From positions 1,798,001-1,862,000 of the forward strand of contig NEEC01000016.1 of assembly GCA_002189035.1 (NCBI GenBank): 64,000 bases of DNA. Direction: 5' to 3'. Below the pieces are notes generated by a model. The model saw only the letters and a list, made by a program, of their open reading frames with translations. It did no database searches and was not told the DNA's origin. Below, one piece after another: positions 61,126 to 64,000 of this stretch (within the stretch, counting starts at the first letter, position 1; each line of letters starts with the position of its first letter). Origin of the DNA: Utricularia gibba (taxonomy: Eukaryota; Plantae; Magnoliophyta). Made by a program: the position numbers and the translations under genes.

Positions 61126-63300
61126 CAGTGAGGTCTTTAGAGATCAAGATACCGTATCTCTCTCACACGAGGATTAGTCCATATCATATCATATCTCACA
61201 TTAGAAACTAACTTAAAGCCCTTACCTTTCATCTTACCATCACTAATAGAATCACCCTCCATGTCATCACTATCATCGTACAACTCTTCTATCACCAATA
61301 TGTAGCTATTCGGTTCTCCCCTCATCATGTGCATCTCGACCAGCATTGTTCTAAGCCTAGAAGTCCCCATTAGCTATGCCATTCAGCATTCCCATCACCA
61401 TTAGCTTCGACTTCCTTTTAGAGGGTGTAGATTCGACCAATCTCATACAACTAAGCAACATAAAGCCTATAGTCCTTACCTTGCAAGGGTTCTCTCTTCT
61501 CCCCCTTGAGTGGTTGCCTCCTCGCCTCTTCAAACCAAATGACTCACGTGCAAGAGTGTTATCCCCATATTTCTCCCCCAAAACCCTATAGGACCCTTCC
61601 CAAGTCTGTCGAGCCAAACTTTAATGAACTTGAAACCTTATATTCTTACTTGGGCCAGTATGAGACCATTTTTTATTCTTCCTGCGTATCATGACTATTA
61701 CTTCTCAGATTCATTCATCAGTATTGCTACTCTGCTATCTGTCACTAAGTAGGGTGTTGCATAGGTTGTGACTCCGTTCCTTGAAGTTGTTACTTGTGAA
61801 TTCTCAATAGTTATTGGCTTTGCTTCCCACATTTGATAGTCTCTTACAATGAACACAGCATGCTTCACTTTTCCTACCCATCAATAGTTCAATCCAATCA
61901 ATCATCATGCCAGTTACATATTTTCCCTCTCAAGGTCTTGGGAGCCTTATTCGCCAACATGGTAGAAGTTCTTCACCTTAACTAATTCACTCTCATGGAG
62001 GCCACAACAACTTGGATTCGTCATTCACCACAGACTCTACTCGCCTTCTTCACTAATTTCTCCAATCTCTCTTTCTCACCTTGTGTCATCCTTGTCTCGA
62101 GCATGATCAAGTCAAACCATGACACTTTTCACATCTAGGAGCCATTTCGTGTAGAGCTAGATGTTGGCTTCGCATGGTGTGTATTGCCTCACACAAGTTT
62201 TGGCATAAACACCTCCTCATGTCATCTCTGTATAGCCCATCAGGAATGCTCGTGAAAAGTCCTCTAGTCTCTCGTTGCTTTGCCTCATTGCCCTTCTAGA
62301 CGATGGTATACCAATATACTCATCCTCACCCATCAGTGGTCTTGTCCTTGGTCCAAGTATACCATGTTCCCATTAGGGTATATTCATAGTTGTAAGGCAT
62401 ATATATGCCTACTTCTCTATCACACCCCTACTTCCTTCATGACTAGCATCCCAATTCCTATGGTAGCTCCTAACCAACTCCATGCTTCATGTGCTGTTAG
62501 CTTCTTACCCTTTCCTTTCCTTCATCATGTATTCTTCCCCAAGTACCATCTATCTCTTGCCTTTTCAACGATCTTCCAACTTTGGAGTCATATGTATTGT
62601 TGTCAATCTCCTCACTATTTTTTCTAGTACCTATGCTTCGCTTGTTCCATTTGTCTACCCTCACTCAATTCACCCATCTTCATCTCTACTCTACCTGGTT
62701 GTCATGAAGTCCTTAGCTTTGTCATCCTTTTACTCTAGCCACATCCTTTTTCTTAGGTGTCATTCCCTTGATGCCGGTTTGAATCATGCTCTGAGTATCA
62801 TTTGTTGCCGTATGACCTTGCTTGTCACGGACACTACCCCACATGAGAGTGACTCCTATTCTTGTACATGCGGCATCCATGAGGTAGGGTGAGGACTAGG
62901 GTGATAGTCAGATCCTCTTCTACTTGGACAAAATTGGTCTTGCATTCTTTGTCCTAGTGATTGCTTGCATCCTTGTGGTTCCACTCTATTGTTTTCTTAG
63001 TACTATACATTCTGTCACGATTTTATGCTCACTTCACATACACCTCCTATACTATGGTGCATATATCGTATGCTTAAGATGGCCTTGTAGTCATGTTTTC
63101 CCACTTCTTCAATTGCAAGTGCCTTGATTCCCTAAATATCTTGTAGTACTCGGATACACCATGTGACTGGTCGAACACTACTTTAAGGTATAGCTAAAGG
63201 TGCTGATCCTTGCGGTCACCTTATTCAATCTACCAATTGTTTATGTGCCACCCCGTCGTGTCAACAATTCAAGTAACATGAGTGCTTCTGTATGACCATC
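61126..63300 (-). mobile_element. Degenerate Ty3/gypsy gag-protease remnant
   Basis: Fragments such as SKRKSKLMVMGMLNGIA (61357-61617) resemble the gypsy pre-protease region. Many stops. Confidence 0.55.
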
Positions 63301-63881
63301 TCTCAACCTTGTGAATCCATTCTCTTGGATATCCTCAAGTTGCTTAAATCCTCATATTAAGATAGTAGTTTGTATAACTTGTTTTGTGACTTATGACTTA
63401 AAGTAAAAGAAAAAGTAAGTGTTTTACAAACCACTTCTACTTGTTCTAAAACTTAACTTCTACTTCTACTTCTACTTCTACTTATTTCAATTTTAACTAT
63501 TTCATCAACTTATTACACAAGTTGATAAAATGTAACTTATTCACTCAATAGGTTGTTGAAAATAAATGTATTCCTTTTTTGCCCTCCAACCCTTTTAATT
63601 CTCGGTGGCCTTTCTTCCATTTGCTCATTCTTCTGATTTTCATGTTAGGTTGAAGGTATGTGTTTTCACCTAAACAGGTTAAAAAGGGTAAATAACTAAA
63701 CCGGTGGCACATGAGGCTTGAAACGTGGGTGTACCCAACAGCATCACCCTCGCCTACCGCAAATTCAGCAGCCGCATTTGAGCATTTGGTGCTTCAATGG
63801 ATCTCAATTATTTTGTGCATTTGTGAAGGGAATGGTGGGGAATTAAAGAATATTACTTTTTTTGGGAGAAGACGATGCAAC

Positions 63882-63998
63882 AGGATGCATTTAGAGCTTG
63901 GGGAAGAAGGTGGGTGCAGTAGGGTGCATTTGAGGCTTGGGGAAGACGGTGGGTGCAGTAGGGTGTATTTGGGGCTTGGGGAAGGCGATGGGTGTAAC
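63882..63998. repeat. 39-bp tandem minisatellite (3 units, runs off the window end)
   Basis: Units 63882-63920, 63921-63959 and 63960-63998, consensus agggtgcatttg(a/g)ggcttggggaaga(c/a)ggtgggtgcagt. The minus frame reads LLHP(P/S)SSPS.K.T repeats. Confidence 0.88.
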
Positions 63999-64000
63999 AA

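Noticed and set aside
1-64000. CRISPR arrays, operons or prokaryotic defence systems
   Set aside because: The sequence is spliced eukaryotic plant DNA. No repeat-spacer array was found.

Overview
This is angiosperm nuclear DNA, with no prokaryotic features and no CRISPR array. Compact housekeeping gene islands alternate with decayed LTR retrotransposons. Supported genes: an intronless GDSL esterase/lipase, RPS10, a lesioned Alfin-like PHD gene, TIM23, a METTL21/Methyltransf_16-type methyltransferase, a frameshifted DUF761 gene, PEX2, COX5b, a BADC (BCCP-like) gene, two tandem DAYSLEEPER-like domesticated hAT transposases and a small acidic NLS protein. There are three tRNA genes (Asp-GTC x2, Ser-CGA). 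Mobile DNA includes a complete-boundary but internally deleted Copia element (LTRs, PBS, PPT, TCAAG TSD), a Mutator-like MITE with an 11-bp TSD, and Athila-like and chromovirus-type Gypsy remnants. The most notable unexplained structures are: (1) a mirror-symmetric tRNA-Asp pair, each lying head-to-head about 90 bp from a protein-coding ATG; (2) a SLEEPER tandem pair that appears to keep the D-D-E triad and shares an exactly identical 326-bp tract over the catalytic core; (3) a roughly 3-kb TATA-driven, exon-like locus with no recognisable ORF, divergent from COX5b. Exon structures were assembled by eye. TE boundaries without TSD support are approximate.
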